Assembly: GCA_964570275.1 (NCBI GenBank)
Contig: CAZMXN010000001.1
Coordinates: 9,745 to 69,437, forward strand
DNA from: an uncultured Candidatus Saccharibacteria bacterium
GTDB taxonomy: Bacteria > Patescibacteriota > Saccharimonadia > Saccharimonadales > CAZMXN01
Direction of reading: 5' to 3'
DNA: 59,693 nucleotides
Part shown: positions 17,968 to 27,523 of the stretch, one piece after another
How positions within the stretch are numbered: the stretch's first letter is position 1
Layout: each line of letters begins with the position of its first letter
Notes under the pieces: model-generated
What the model saw: only the letters and a program-made list of their open reading frames with translations
The model's database searches: none
Told to the model about the DNA's origin: nothing
Translations under genes and position numbers: made by a program

Positions 17968-19191
17968 ATGAGTCGACACCTATCCGAGTTACTGGGCGCT
18001 GAAGAGCCGCAGTTTTCATTGGGTCTAAAGCAGCTTGAGCAGATCAGCGGCAAGCTGAGTGTCGATATCCGCCTGACACTTGAGATCCAGCAAAACGCCG
18101 TCCGGGCAATGCGCGAACTCGGACTTGATCCGCTCGATACCGACGGCCGCGAGCTTTATCATGCTCTGCTGGCCCGGGTCAAAGCCGACGAACAGGCCCT
18201 GCTGGCGGCTCTGGGAGCCGATGAGGACACCAATGTAGCCGAACAAACCCGCCTGGTCAAGGCGGCGGTCAAAAAGCTGGCTTTTCCGGATGATTGCTGG
18301 GCGCTGAAGGCCAGCGTGGCCAAACGTCTGCTCAAAGCCCTGCCGCCCAAAAAAACCATGAAAGCCTTGGGCTACCGGTCGGTAGACTCGCTTTTAAAGC
18401 GGGAGAACATAAGCGAGATTTTCGGCGGCTTGCTGTTGAACGAACCGGCCCCCTGGCACAAGCGGCTGACCCGGGCTTACGGCAAGCTGCTGCCGGGTGA
18501 TTTTGAACGCCGCAAAGTCCGGGTGGTAATTCTCAGCGAAAAACGCTGGGGTGAGTCGGCCGGGCGGTTTGTACGGCAGCATCGTTTAAATCTGGCCCAG
18601 AGCACGGTGATAGGCACGGTTTATCTGCTGCCGATGCCGGTTGAGAAACTGCCGGGTTACGCTCTGACCACCATGATGGCGCTGATAAACGCTATCGGCG
18701 AAATCCGCCACCACAGTTCGTACTTTCTTTTAAATCAGGTCAGGCCGGACTTTGGCGAAATCGTGGCTGACGCGCTGGCCAACGGTCCCGGCCAGGCCGC
18801 TCTAATCGGCGAGTCGCCGCTGCACTGGCAGACAATCCAGCGCTTTTTCGGGCGGCGGCCGATGATCGATCATCCGGCGGAGTTTGAGCCGCATGTCACG
18901 CCGGACGACCTCAAATGGCAAAAGGCGGAAGCCGCCCTTCACGCTCTCACGCCGCGCTTAAAGTTCTGGGAAAATCTCGACTTCACAGGTATACTTGATG
19001 GTGATAAACCGGTTTCGCTTAATTTGATGGACTGCGCGGTCAGCTACCTCAATCAACTGCCATACGTCAGGCGAAGCACGGCCTATATGCGCGACAGCCT
19101 CTGGATCGAACTGCCGGTTCGTTATCTGGAAAATGAAGGCGTGCGGCGCCAAGTGGTCAGCCAGCTTGACATGAGAGCGGTGCGTGACTGA
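17968..19191 (+). CDS. Hypothetical protein (407 aa, no family recognised)
   Basis: Long ORF with normal amino-acid composition on the strand and frame consistent with its neighbours. No TM segments or catalytic motifs that I can name. Confidence 0.6.
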   Translation: MSRHLSELLGAEEPQFSLGLKQLEQISGKLSVDIRLTLEIQQNAVRAMRELGLDPLDTDGRELYHALLARVKADEQALLAALGADEDTNVAEQTRLVKAAVKKLAFPDDCWALKASVAKRLLKALPPKKTMKALGYRSVDSLLKRENISEIFGGLLLNEPAPWHKRLTRAYGKLLPGDFERRKVRVVILSEKRWGESAGRFVRQHRLNLAQSTVIGTVYLLPMPVEKLPGYALTTMMALINAIGEIRHHSSYFLLNQVRPDFGEIVADALANGPGQAALIGESPLHWQTIQRFFGRRPMIDHPAEFEPHVTPDDLKWQKAEAALHALTPRLKFWENLDFTGILDGDKPVSLNLMDCAVSYLNQLPYVRRSTAYMRDSLWIELPVRYLENEGVRRQVVSQLDMRAVRD

Positions 19192-19783
19192 ACAACCAAC
19201 AATTAAAAGAGGAAGAAAAGTGTATCAATTCTGCGTTTCCGGAGCGGCCAAGGGCAAAAGCGTCGAGGAAGGCAAGGCTTTGGCGAAGGCGGCCGGTGAG
19301 GTTTTGGCCAAAAAAGGCTACTCACTGTTAACCGGCGCGACCGTCGGTCTGCCCAACTACGCCGCGGAAGGCTACAAGAAGGCCAAGGGGCACATGAGCC
19401 TGGGCATCAGCCCGGCGGCCAGCAAGGTCGAGCACGTGCTTAAATACCGGCTGCCGATCAAGGCTTACGACGCCATATTGTACAGCGGTCTGCATTATGT
19501 CGGCCGCGATACGCTGCTTATCAACTCGGCCGACGCGGTCATCAGCATCGGCGGGCGACTGGGCACGCTGCATGAATTTACGATTGCCATGGAGACGGAT
19601 ACGCCGATTGGCTTTCTTCAGGGAGCCGGCGGGGTCAGTACTGAAATTATGGACATTTTGCATGCCGCCGGCCGGGCCCGGGCAAAAAACGTCGTGTTCG
19701 ATGAAGATCCGGTTAAATTGGTCGCCGCTCTAACCGACATGCTCAACCAGCGGTTTGAAAACTACGCGGACATCTACCGCTAG
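19184..19783 (+). CDS. LOG/TIGR00725-family (SLOG superfamily) Rossmann-fold protein
   Basis: FCVSGAAKG...[11 protein letters not shown]...[13 protein letters not shown] resembles the GGGxGxM / PGGxGTxxE motifs of LOG-like proteins. The GTG at 19184 overlaps the upstream stop by 8 nt. The alternative GTG at 19220 has a better AGAGGA SD. Confidence 0.6.
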   Translation: MTEQPTIKRGRKVYQFCVSGAAKGKSVEEGKALAKAAGEVLAKKGYSLLTGATVGLPNYAAEGYKKAKGHMSLGISPAASKVEHVLKYRLPIKAYDAILYSGLHYVGRDTLLINSADAVISIGGRLGTLHEFTIAMETDTPIGFLQGAGGVSTEIMDILHAAGRARAKNVVFDEDPVKLVAALTDMLNQRFENYADIYR

Positions 19784-19872
19784 ACAATCAGTTGTCGGCC
19801 GCCGGCGATAAAACTGTTACAGCGCCGGGGGAAGACCCGCCTGCTGTTTTCAAATTTTGCTACAATATCCGG

Positions 19873-21837
19873 ATGGCCCGATTTAAAATCAAATCAGATT
19901 ATAAGCCGACCGGTGATCAGCCGGCCGCGATTGCGGCCCTTGGCCAAAACCTGGCCGCCGGTGTTAAAGAACAGGTGCTGCTGGGCGTGACCGGGTCGGG
20001 CAAGACGTTCACCATGGCCAACGTCATCCAGAATATTCAGAAGCCGACCCTGGTTATCAGCCACAACAAGACGCTGGCCGCCCAGCTCTACAGCGAATTC
20101 AAATCGTTTTTTCCGGATAACGCCGTTCATTATTTTGTCAGCTACTTCGATTATTATCAGCCGGAAGCCTATATCCCGCGCAGCGACACCTACATCGAAA
20201 AAGACTCTCAAATCAACGAGGAAATCGACCGGTTGCGCCACGCCGCCACCGACGCGCTCTTATCGCGACGCGACGTGATTATTGTCGCCAGTGTCAGCTG
20301 CATTTACGGTATTGGTTCGGTCGAGGATTACGGCGGCATGGCCGTTACTGTCAAACGTGGCGAACGGCGGCTGCGCGACAAGTTTCTCAGACACCTGACC
20401 GACATCCAGTACCAGCGCAACGATATTGATTTTCATCGCAGCACCTTCCGGGTGCGCGGCGATGTGGTTGACGTGTTTCCGGCCGGCGAGGAGCTGGCTT
20501 ACAGGGTGGAATTTTTCGGTGATGTGGTTGACCGCATTACCAAGATCGATCCGCTGACCGGCGAGATCCTCAGCTCACTGGACGAGCTGCGGGTTTACCC
20601 CGGCAGTCACTTCGTCACGCCGCAGGACAAGCTGAAGGTCGCCCTAAAGCACATCGAGCAGGAACTGGATGAGCGGCTGGCGCATTTTAAAAGTCACGGT
20701 CAGCTGCTGGAGGCCCAGCGCCTGGAGCAGCGGACGCGGTTTGATCTGGAGATGCTGGAGGAAACCGGTTTTGTGAAAGGCATCGAGAATTACAGCCGTT
20801 ACCTCACCAACCGGGCACCCGGCGAGCAGCCCGCCACGCTGCTGGATTATTACCCCGACGATTATCTGATGCTGATTGACGAAAGCCACATGACCATTCC
20901 GCAAATTCGCGGCATGTACAACGGCGACCGGGCCCGCAAAGAGGTGCTGGTGGAGCATGGCTTCCGTCTGCCCAGCGCGCTTGATAACCGCCCGCTGACG
21001 TTTACGGAGTTCGAACGCCACATCAACAAGGTGGTCTATGTCAGCGCCACGCCGGCCGAGTACGAGCTTAGCCGCAGCCCGGAACCCGTCCAGCAGGTTA
21101 TCCGGCCGACCGGTCTACTCGACCCGGTTATTGAAGTCCGGCCGATTGAAGGACAAATCGATGATTTGTTGAATGAAATCAAGGACACGGTCAAGAAAGG
21201 TCAGCGGGTGCTGGTCACCACGCTGACCAAGCGTATGGCCGAGGACCTGACGGAGTATCTGCAGGAAATCAGCATCAAAGTCACCTACCTGCACAGCGAC
21301 GTCGATACTCTGGACCGGACCGACATTCTGCGCGATCTGCGCCTGGGCGTTTACGACGTGCTGGTGGGTATCAACCTGCTGCGGGAAGGGCTTGATCTGC
21401 CGGAAGTCAGCCTGGTGGCGATTTTAGACGCCGACAAGGAGGGTTTCTTACGCAGCGAGCAGGCTCTGATCCAGACCGTCGGCCGGGCCGCCCGCCATCA
21501 GGAGGGCCGGGTGGTTATGTATGCCGACCGGATCACCGGCAGCATGCAGCGGACGATTGACGAGACCAACCGGCGGCGCGAAATCCAGCAGGCCTACAAC
21601 GAGCAGCACGGCATCACGCCGGCCAGCATCGCCAAGACGATTGACAAGGGTTTGCGGCCTGACCTGCCGGAAGAAGCCAAAACCGCCAAGCTTGATCTGA
21701 AGAAGATCCCCAAAGACGAATACAAGCACCTGATTCGGGACTTAAGCCGGCAGATGGATCTGGCGGCGGCCAATCTCGAGTTTGAGAAAGCCGCCGAGCT
21801 GCGGGACATAATTAACGATATAAAAAGCAGGCTTTAA
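19873..21837 (+). CDS. uvrB: Excinuclease ABC subunit B
   Basis: [20 protein letters not shown], Walker [13 protein letters not shown] box, C-terminal UVR domain ([11 protein letters not shown]). Start set at ATG 19873. The track ORF start 19792 lies upstream of the promoter -10. Confidence 0.95.
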   Translation: MARFKIKSDYKPTGDQPAAIAALGQNLAAGVKEQVLLGVTGSGKTFTMANVIQNIQKPTLVISHNKTLAAQLYSEFKSFFPDNAVHYFVSYFDYYQPEAYIPRSDTYIEKDSQINEEIDRLRHAATDALLSRRDVIIVASVSCIYGIGSVEDYGGMAVTVKRGERRLRDKFLRHLTDIQYQRNDIDFHRSTFRVRGDVVDVFPAGEELAYRVEFFGDVVDRITKIDPLTGEILSSLDELRVYPGSHFVTPQDKLKVALKHIEQELDERLAHFKSHGQLLEAQRLEQRTRFDLEMLEETGFVKGIENYSRYLTNRAPGEQPATLLDYYPDDYLMLIDESHMTIPQIRGMYNGDRARKEVLVEHGFRLPSALDNRPLTFTEFERHINKVVYVSATPAEYELSRSPEPVQQVIRPTGLLDPVIEVRPIEGQIDDLLNEIKDTVKKGQRVLVTTLTKRMAEDLTEYLQEISIKVTYLHSDVDTLDRTDILRDLRLGVYDVLVGINLLREGLDLPEVSLVAILDADKEGFLRSEQALIQTVGRAARHQEGRVVMYADRITGSMQRTIDETNRRREIQQAYNEQHGITPASIAKTIDKGLRPDLPEEAKTAKLDLKKIPKDEYKHLIRDLSRQMDLAAANLEFEKAAELRDIINDIKSRL

Positions 21838-21939
21838 GCCGCGGATCAGCGGCCCGGTCAGGCGGTTTAATCCGGGTTTTTGCCCTGTAAATTCACCGCT
21901 AAAACGGTATCTGTTGATGGTGTATAATGAAGTAATTGT

Positions 21940-22233
21940 ATGAGCAAGCTGTCGAGAGAAGATGTCTTAAAATTGGCCCGATTAGCGCGGCTTCGTCTGA
22001 GTGACGAGGAAGTCGACAAGTTCAGAAGTGAGCTGACGGCCATTCTGTCGTACGTCGAGCAGCTGCAGGCCATTGAATTGGACGACTACGAGCCGACCTA
22101 CCAGGTAACCGGGCTGACCAACGTAACGCGGCCGGACGTCGTCAGGCAGTATCAGGCGGACGCCGAGGCGCTGCTTAATAACCTGCCGGACCGTCAGGAT
22201 GACTACATCAAGGTCAAGAGGGTGCTGTCGTGA
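21940..22233 (+). CDS. gatC: Asp/Glu-tRNA amidotransferase subunit C
   Basis: 97 aa with LARLARLRLSDEEVDKFRSELTAILSYVEQL, typical of GatC. Immediately precedes gatA. Confidence 0.85.
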   Translation: MSKLSREDVLKLARLARLRLSDEEVDKFRSELTAILSYVEQLQAIELDDYEPTYQVTGLTNVTRPDVVRQYQADAEALLNNLPDRQDDYIKVKRVLS

Positions 22234-23657
22234 GTCGCGCCTGGCCGGCCATTGCCGATATTGCTAGGGACGTCAACGCCGGCCAGCGGCGGGCTGTCGA
22301 TCTGGTAGAACAGGCGCTCAAGGCGATAGACGCCGGCAAGGAGTATCGGGCGATCATAGCGACGACCGCTGAAAGAGCCCGGGGCCGGGCCCAGCAAATT
22401 GACGAGAGGGTCGCCGCTGACGGCCAGGCTGGCCGGCTGGCCGGCGTGCCTTTTATCGCTAAAGATAACTTCCTGACTTTCGGGGCCGAAACCACCGCCG
22501 CCAGCAATATCCTGAAGGGCTTTGAAGCGCCTTATCAGGCCACGGCGATTGAGCGGCTGGAAGCCGAAGGGGCAATTTGCGTCGCCAAGGCCAATCTGGA
22601 CGCCTTTGCCCACGGCTCGAGCACTGAAAACAGCGATTTTATGACCACCTTAAACCCGCACGACAAAAGCCGCGTGCCGGGCGGCAGCAGCGGCGGATCG
22701 GCCGCTGCCGTGATGCTCGACATGGCGCCTTTTGCCTTAGGCACCGATACCGGCGGTTCGATCCGCCTGCCGGCCAGCTTCTGCGGCGCTGTCGGTTACA
22801 AACCATCCTACGGACTGGTGTCCCGCAGCGGTGTTATCGCCATGGCCAGCAGCGCTGACGTCATCGGGCCGCTGACCCGGACGGTCGCCGATGCCGCCCT
22901 GGTAGTGGACGTAATGGCCGGCCGGGACGAGCTCGACGCCACGACGATTGAGCGCGACGGACAGAGCTATCTGCCCGGCAAGACGGAGCTGAAGGGCAAA
23001 AAGGTCGGGGTGATTAAGGAATACATGGACGAGGGTCTGGCGCCCGAAGTCAAAACGGTCGTCGAAGCGGCGATTGAAAAAATCAAGGCCGCCGGAGCTG
23101 AGGTTACGACCGTCAGCCTGCCGTCACTGCCGCTGGCTCTGGCCTGCTATTACATCATCATGCCGGCCGAAGTCAGCAGCAACCTAAGCCGCTATGACGG
23201 CCAGCGCTATGGCTATTCGCACAAAGCGGCTAAGGACCTGGACGACAGTTATGAATTGTCCCGATCGGTCGGCTTCGGTGCCGAGGCTAAGCGCCGCATT
23301 ATGATCGGGACGTACGTGTTATCCAGCGGTTATTACGATGCCTACTACAAGCGGGCGCAGCGCCTGCGGACCAAACTTATCAAGGAGTTCGAAGAGGCCT
23401 TTAAGCAGGTTGACTACCTGGTAGGGCCAACCGCGCCCGGGCCGGCTTTTAAGCTGGGCGAAAACACCAAAGACCCTTTGCAGATGTATTTGTCGGATAT
23501 TATGACCGTGTCGGCCAACCTGGTCGGCAACCCGGCCATCAGCCTGCCGGCCGGATTGAGTCAGGGGCTGCCGGTGGGTCTGCAGGCCATGGCCATGTCC
23601 CGGGCTGACCGCGACCTGCTGGCCTTTGCCGGAGCCGTCGAAGGAGTCCTGCGGTGA
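22230..23657 (+). CDS. gatA: Asp/Glu-tRNA amidotransferase subunit A
   Basis: Amidase signature GGSSGGSAAAV...GTDTGGSIRLPASFCG. GTGA overlap with gatC. Confidence 0.95.
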   Translation: MSRAWPAIADIARDVNAGQRRAVDLVEQALKAIDAGKEYRAIIATTAERARGRAQQIDERVAADGQAGRLAGVPFIAKDNFLTFGAETTAASNILKGFEAPYQATAIERLEAEGAICVAKANLDAFAHGSSTENSDFMTTLNPHDKSRVPGGSSGGSAAAVMLDMAPFALGTDTGGSIRLPASFCGAVGYKPSYGLVSRSGVIAMASSADVIGPLTRTVADAALVVDVMAGRDELDATTIERDGQSYLPGKTELKGKKVGVIKEYMDEGLAPEVKTVVEAAIEKIKAAGAEVTTVSLPSLPLALACYYIIMPAEVSSNLSRYDGQRYGYSHKAAKDLDDSYELSRSVGFGAEAKRRIMIGTYVLSSGYYDAYYKRAQRLRTKLIKEFEEAFKQVDYLVGPTAPGPAFKLGENTKDPLQMYLSDIMTVSANLVGNPAISLPAGLSQGLPVGLQAMAMSRADRDLLAFAGAVEGVLR

Positions 23658-24094
23658 CGTTCGAAATAATTGTTGGCGCCATTTTTGGCGGTTTGCTGTT
23701 GATGGCGCTGGCGCTGATTGTTCACAAGCGCCGGCCGCGTAAACTCAACCCTCAGCGCTTCGAGCAGCAGTGGCAGGAACTGCAGAAACTGCTGGCCGAT
23801 CAGTCCCGCTGGGCCGAGGCGATCGAGCGGGCCGACCAATTGCTGGATGAGGCTTTAAAGCGCCGCCGTTTTCGCGGCAAGAGCATGGGCGAACGGCTGG
23901 TCCGCGCTCAGAAAGTCTTCACCGATAATGACCGGCTGTGGTACGGCCACAAACTGCGCATGAAGCTCCAGCAGGGTGAGGACGTCAAGCTCAAGCAAGG
24001 CGACGTCAAGCAGGCGCTCATCGGTATCCGGCTGGCCTTAAAGGATCTAGGCGCTTTTGGCAGCAATAAGGAGGAAGCTGATGCCGGCCAGTAA
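23654..24094 (+). CDS. Hypothetical single-pass membrane protein inserted between gatA and gatB
   Basis: N-terminal TM helix (IIVGAIFGGLLLMALALIV), then KRRPRK and a helical, charged soluble domain. GTGA overlap with the gatA stop. gatB starts 18 nt downstream. Confidence 0.6.
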   Translation: MTFEIIVGAIFGGLLLMALALIVHKRRPRKLNPQRFEQQWQELQKLLADQSRWAEAIERADQLLDEALKRRRFRGKSMGERLVRAQKVFTDNDRLWYGHKLRMKLQQGEDVKLKQGDVKQALIGIRLALKDLGAFGSNKEEADAGQ

Positions 24095-24112
24095 CCAGGA
24101 AGGACGTTCATC

Positions 24113-25588
24113 GTGATAGATTCTGCCACCCGGGCCAAATACATCCCGTCCATCGGCATTGAGTGTCATGTGCAGCTGAACACCATGACCAAGCTGTTCG
24201 CCGCCGTCGGCAATGACGCCCGTGAAGCGCCGCCCAACTCGCTGATCAGCCACATTTGTCTCGGTATGCCCGGGGCGCTGCCGGTGCTTAACGCCAGGGT
24301 CGTCGAGCTGGCGTCGCGGATGGCGCTGGCCTTTAAGACCCGGCCGCAGAAGTACAGCGTATTCGAGCGCAAGCACTATTTTTACCCGGATTTGCCCAAA
24401 GGCTATCAGATAACTCAGCTGAGCCAGCCGATTGTCGTGGGCGGCGAGGTGGAGATAGAAGTTGACGGTCAGACCAAAACGGTCCGGCTCAACCGGGTCC
24501 AGATTGAGGAGGATGCCGGCAAGAACAGCCACCCGGCCGGGGCCGACTACAGCCTGGTTGATCTGAACCGGGCCGGGACGCCGCTGCTGGAGATAGTGTC
24601 CGAACCGGATATCAGCAGCCCGGCCGAAGCCAAAGCCTATGCCAAGGAGCTGTATTTGCTGGTGCGCTACGCTGACGTGTCGGACGCCGATATGTACCAT
24701 GGCAACATGCGCTTTGATGTCAATGTCAGCGTCAGCAGCGACGCCGGCAAACTCGGCAAACGGACCGAAACCAAAAACCTCAACTCCTTCCGCAGTGTCG
24801 AAAAGGCCGTGGAGTATGAGATAAAGCGGCAGATCGAGCTGCTCGAAAAGGGTCAGCCGGTCGTCCAGGAAACCCGCGGCTGGGATGACGCCAAGCAGAA
24901 GACCTTTTCGCAGCGCAGCAAAGAGGAAGCCCATGACTATCGTTATTTCCCGGACCCGGACCTGCCGCCGATTGAGCTGACGGACGAGGACATCGCCGAA
25001 GTTGAGCGGAACATGCCGGTCTTGCCCGGCGAGTGGCGCCGCCGCCTCCACAGCTTAAAGCTCAGCGACAGCCATATTGAAACGCTGCTGGAAGCCGAGA
25101 TCGAAAACGAGCTGATTGACTACCTGCCGCTGATTGAAAAGTATTTGAGCAAGCCGGAGCTGGCCAGGGCGCTGGCCAACTGGTTTGTAAACCTGGAAAT
25201 TCCGCTGCGCCGGGGTGACAATCCGCCGGAAGTGCTGGCGATTCATGACCGGGAGCACGCCTTTGTCACGGTGTATGAATTAGCGGACGCCGGTAAGTTG
25301 AGTTCCACCGGAGCCAAAGCGCTGCTTGGCCAGCTGCTGACCCAGGCGACAGTGCCGCGTGAACTTGAAAAGTACGCCCAGGAACAAGGCTTCATTCAGG
25401 TTTCGGACAGCGGCGAGCTGGAGGCAATCGTCAAGCAGGTCGTAGACGCCAATCCGCAAGCCGCCGAAGACGTCAAAAACGGCGAGATGAAGGCGATTGG
25501 CTTTCTGACCGGCCAGGTCATGAAAGCGTCGATGGGCAAGGCCAACCCCAAACTGGCCCAGGACATCATCAGGAAATTACTTAGTTAA
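24113..25588 (+). CDS. gatB: Asp/Glu-tRNA amidotransferase subunit B
   Basis: IGIECHVQLNT..., FERKHYFYPDLPKGYQITQ, RFDVNVS and a C-terminal YqeY-like tail. GTG start. Confidence 0.95.
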   Translation: MIDSATRAKYIPSIGIECHVQLNTMTKLFAAVGNDAREAPPNSLISHICLGMPGALPVLNARVVELASRMALAFKTRPQKYSVFERKHYFYPDLPKGYQITQLSQPIVVGGEVEIEVDGQTKTVRLNRVQIEEDAGKNSHPAGADYSLVDLNRAGTPLLEIVSEPDISSPAEAKAYAKELYLLVRYADVSDADMYHGNMRFDVNVSVSSDAGKLGKRTETKNLNSFRSVEKAVEYEIKRQIELLEKGQPVVQETRGWDDAKQKTFSQRSKEEAHDYRYFPDPDLPPIELTDEDIAEVERNMPVLPGEWRRRLHSLKLSDSHIETLLEAEIENELIDYLPLIEKYLSKPELARALANWFVNLEIPLRRGDNPPEVLAIHDREHAFVTVYELADAGKLSSTGAKALLGQLLTQATVPRELEKYAQEQGFIQVSDSGELEAIVKQVVDANPQAAEDVKNGEMKAIGFLTGQVMKASMGKANPKLAQDIIRKLLS

Positions 25589-25602
25589 AGCGGGGGGTAA
25601 AA

Positions 25603-26505
25603 GTGCCTAAAAACACCAGGCCAGTACGTAAAGCAGTGATCGCCGCGGCCGGTTTCGGCACGCGTTTTCTGCCGCAGACCAAGGCCATGCCAAAAGAGAT
25701 GCTGCCGCTCGTCGATAAGCCGATCATCCAATACATCGTTGAAGAGCTGGTCGAGGCCGGCATTGAGGACATTGTGATTGTCACCGGCTATCATAAGCGC
25801 TCGATCGAGGATCATTTCGACACCATCAGCGGCGATTTGAAGGCCAATCTTGAACAATCAGGCAAGCAGGAATTACTAAAGCAAACCCGGGCCATCTCCG
25901 ATCTGGCAAACTTCGCCTACATCCGGCAGAAGGGGCCCTACGGCAACGCCACGCCGGTAATGAACGCCGAGCACCTGATCGGCGGCGAACCGTTTATCTA
26001 TACCTTTGCCGACGACTTCTTTGTGGCTCAACCAAAGTCGCGCTTTAAACAGATGATAGAGCTGTATCAGCAAACCGGACACGGCGTCGTGGCCTGCAAA
26101 CGGGCCAGCGACAAGGCCGACTATGACCGCTACGGTTTTGTGGCCGGCAAACCGCTGGAGCCGGGACTGGTTGACATGACCACGATTGTCGAGAAACCGG
26201 GCCAGGCCGGGGCACCGAGTGATCTGGCCAGTGTCGGCGGCTATCTGCTGACCAGCGACATCTTCCCGTACATCCACCAGGCCCGGCAGGCGCTGCCCAA
26301 GAGCCGTGAATTCTACATCCAATCGGCCATGCAGTCGCTGCTGGATGACGGCGGCGGGAGGCTGCTGGCTTACGAGATAAAAGACGCCGTCTATTACGAC
26401 ACCGGCAACAAGCTGGAATACTTAAAAACGATTATTGACTTCGCCCTTCAGCACGATGATATCAAGGCTGACTTTTTAAATTATCTGCAAAAAGTTGTTA
26501 AATAG
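25603..26505 (+). CDS. galU: UTP--glucose-1-phosphate uridylyltransferase
   Basis: KAVIAAAGFGTRFLPQTKAMPKEMLPLVDKPIIQYIVEE, hallmark of GalU. GTG start after a G-rich SD. Confidence 0.9.
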   Translation: MPKNTRPVRKAVIAAAGFGTRFLPQTKAMPKEMLPLVDKPIIQYIVEELVEAGIEDIVIVTGYHKRSIEDHFDTISGDLKANLEQSGKQELLKQTRAISDLANFAYIRQKGPYGNATPVMNAEHLIGGEPFIYTFADDFFVAQPKSRFKQMIELYQQTGHGVVACKRASDKADYDRYGFVAGKPLEPGLVDMTTIVEKPGQAGAPSDLASVGGYLLTSDIFPYIHQARQALPKSREFYIQSAMQSLLDDGGGRLLAYEIKDAVYYDTGNKLEYLKTIIDFALQHDDIKADFLNYLQKVVK

Positions 26506-26519
26506 TAAAATCCTGTATA

Positions 26520-26786
26520 ATGGCTGGCATGGATAACAGTACCGAAGTTCTGATCATCATTCTGTCCGTTACGCTTTCCGTCTTTCTGCTGGCCGGGATC
26601 GTGGCGCTCATTAAAGTGATCCAGATTTTAAACCGTATCAAAACCATCGTCGAAAAGGCTGAAACCGTCGCTGATAAGGTGGAAGCGGTCGGCGAATTTT
26701 TCAAGCAGTCGGCCGCGCCGGTGGCGATTGCCAAAATGGTCGCCAATATTTCCGAAGCGGTCTTTAAGCGAAAAACCAAACGGTAG
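26520..26786 (+). CDS. Small membrane protein (DUF948/YtxG-like architecture)
   Basis: One N-terminal TM helix followed by an amphipathic helical region and a basic tail. Family assignment is by architecture only. Confidence 0.5.
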   Translation: MAGMDNSTEVLIIILSVTLSVFLLAGIVALIKVIQILNRIKTIVEKAETVADKVEAVGEFFKQSAAPVAIAKMVANISEAVFKRKTKR

Positions 26787-26802
26787 AAAGGCGGTTTCCT
26801 AA

Positions 26803-27204
26803 ATGGGTAAAAACACCGGTAAAATAGCAGTCGGTACTATTCTGGCAGCCGCGGCCGGCTATGTGGCCGGCCTCCTGACGGCCCCGAAAAGCGGCCGCGA
26901 AACCCGTAAGGATCTGCAGAAAGCCGCCAGCAAAGCCCTGACCGAGGGCGAGCGTCAACTGAAGAAGCTGCACAGCGAACTGGCCAGCCTGATTGATAAG
27001 GCCGGCCGCAAAACCAAAAACCTAAAAGGCAAGGCCAGGACTGAGTTGACCGCCAAATTAAGAGCCGCCAGCACCGCCAAAGAGAAGGCCCGGGCCATAC
27101 TGACGGCCCTGCATGACGGTGATGCCGACGACGCCGAACTCAGAACCGCCCTGGCCGAGGCTAAGCTGGCCCGTGACCACCTCAAGGCGTTCCTCAAGAA
27201 ATGA
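26803..27204 (+). CDS. YtxH domain-containing protein
   Basis: N-terminal AGYVAGLLTAPKSGRETRKDLQ (YtxH signature), then a long Ala/Lys-rich helix. Confidence 0.7.
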   Translation: MGKNTGKIAVGTILAAAAGYVAGLLTAPKSGRETRKDLQKAASKALTEGERQLKKLHSELASLIDKAGRKTKNLKGKARTELTAKLRAASTAKEKARAILTALHDGDADDAELRTALAEAKLARDHLKAFLKK

Positions 27205-27449
27205 GCGACAAGCGCCGCCGCGACAACGAAAAGCTCGGTCGTTTACTGGAAGGCATCATCGATACCAGCAATCCGGACCGCAAGCGGGTTTATAAAACAG
27301 CCTTTTTAAAAGGCGTTTTCACCGGTGTCGGCAGCGTACTCGGCGCCACGATCGTCATAGCCATTTTGCTGTGGGTGCTGTCTTTATTCGAGCAAGTGCC
27401 GCTGGTCGGACCGCTTTTTGAGTCCCTGCAGCGAACCATCGAACAATAG
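27201..27449 (+). CDS. Small membrane protein (possibly DUF5665-like)
   Basis: Basic N-terminus, FLKGVFTGVGSVLGATIVIAILLWVL TM helix. ATGA overlap with the ytxH-like gene. Confidence 0.5.
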   Translation: MSDKRRRDNEKLGRLLEGIIDTSNPDRKRVYKTAFLKGVFTGVGSVLGATIVIAILLWVLSLFEQVPLVGPLFESLQRTIEQ

Positions 27450-27523
27450 TGTTGTAAAAGCCGACCCCAACCGTTCTAAAGTAGCGCCCTTACGCTTATA
27501 ATGTAAGCGATAAGGTAGGAAAC

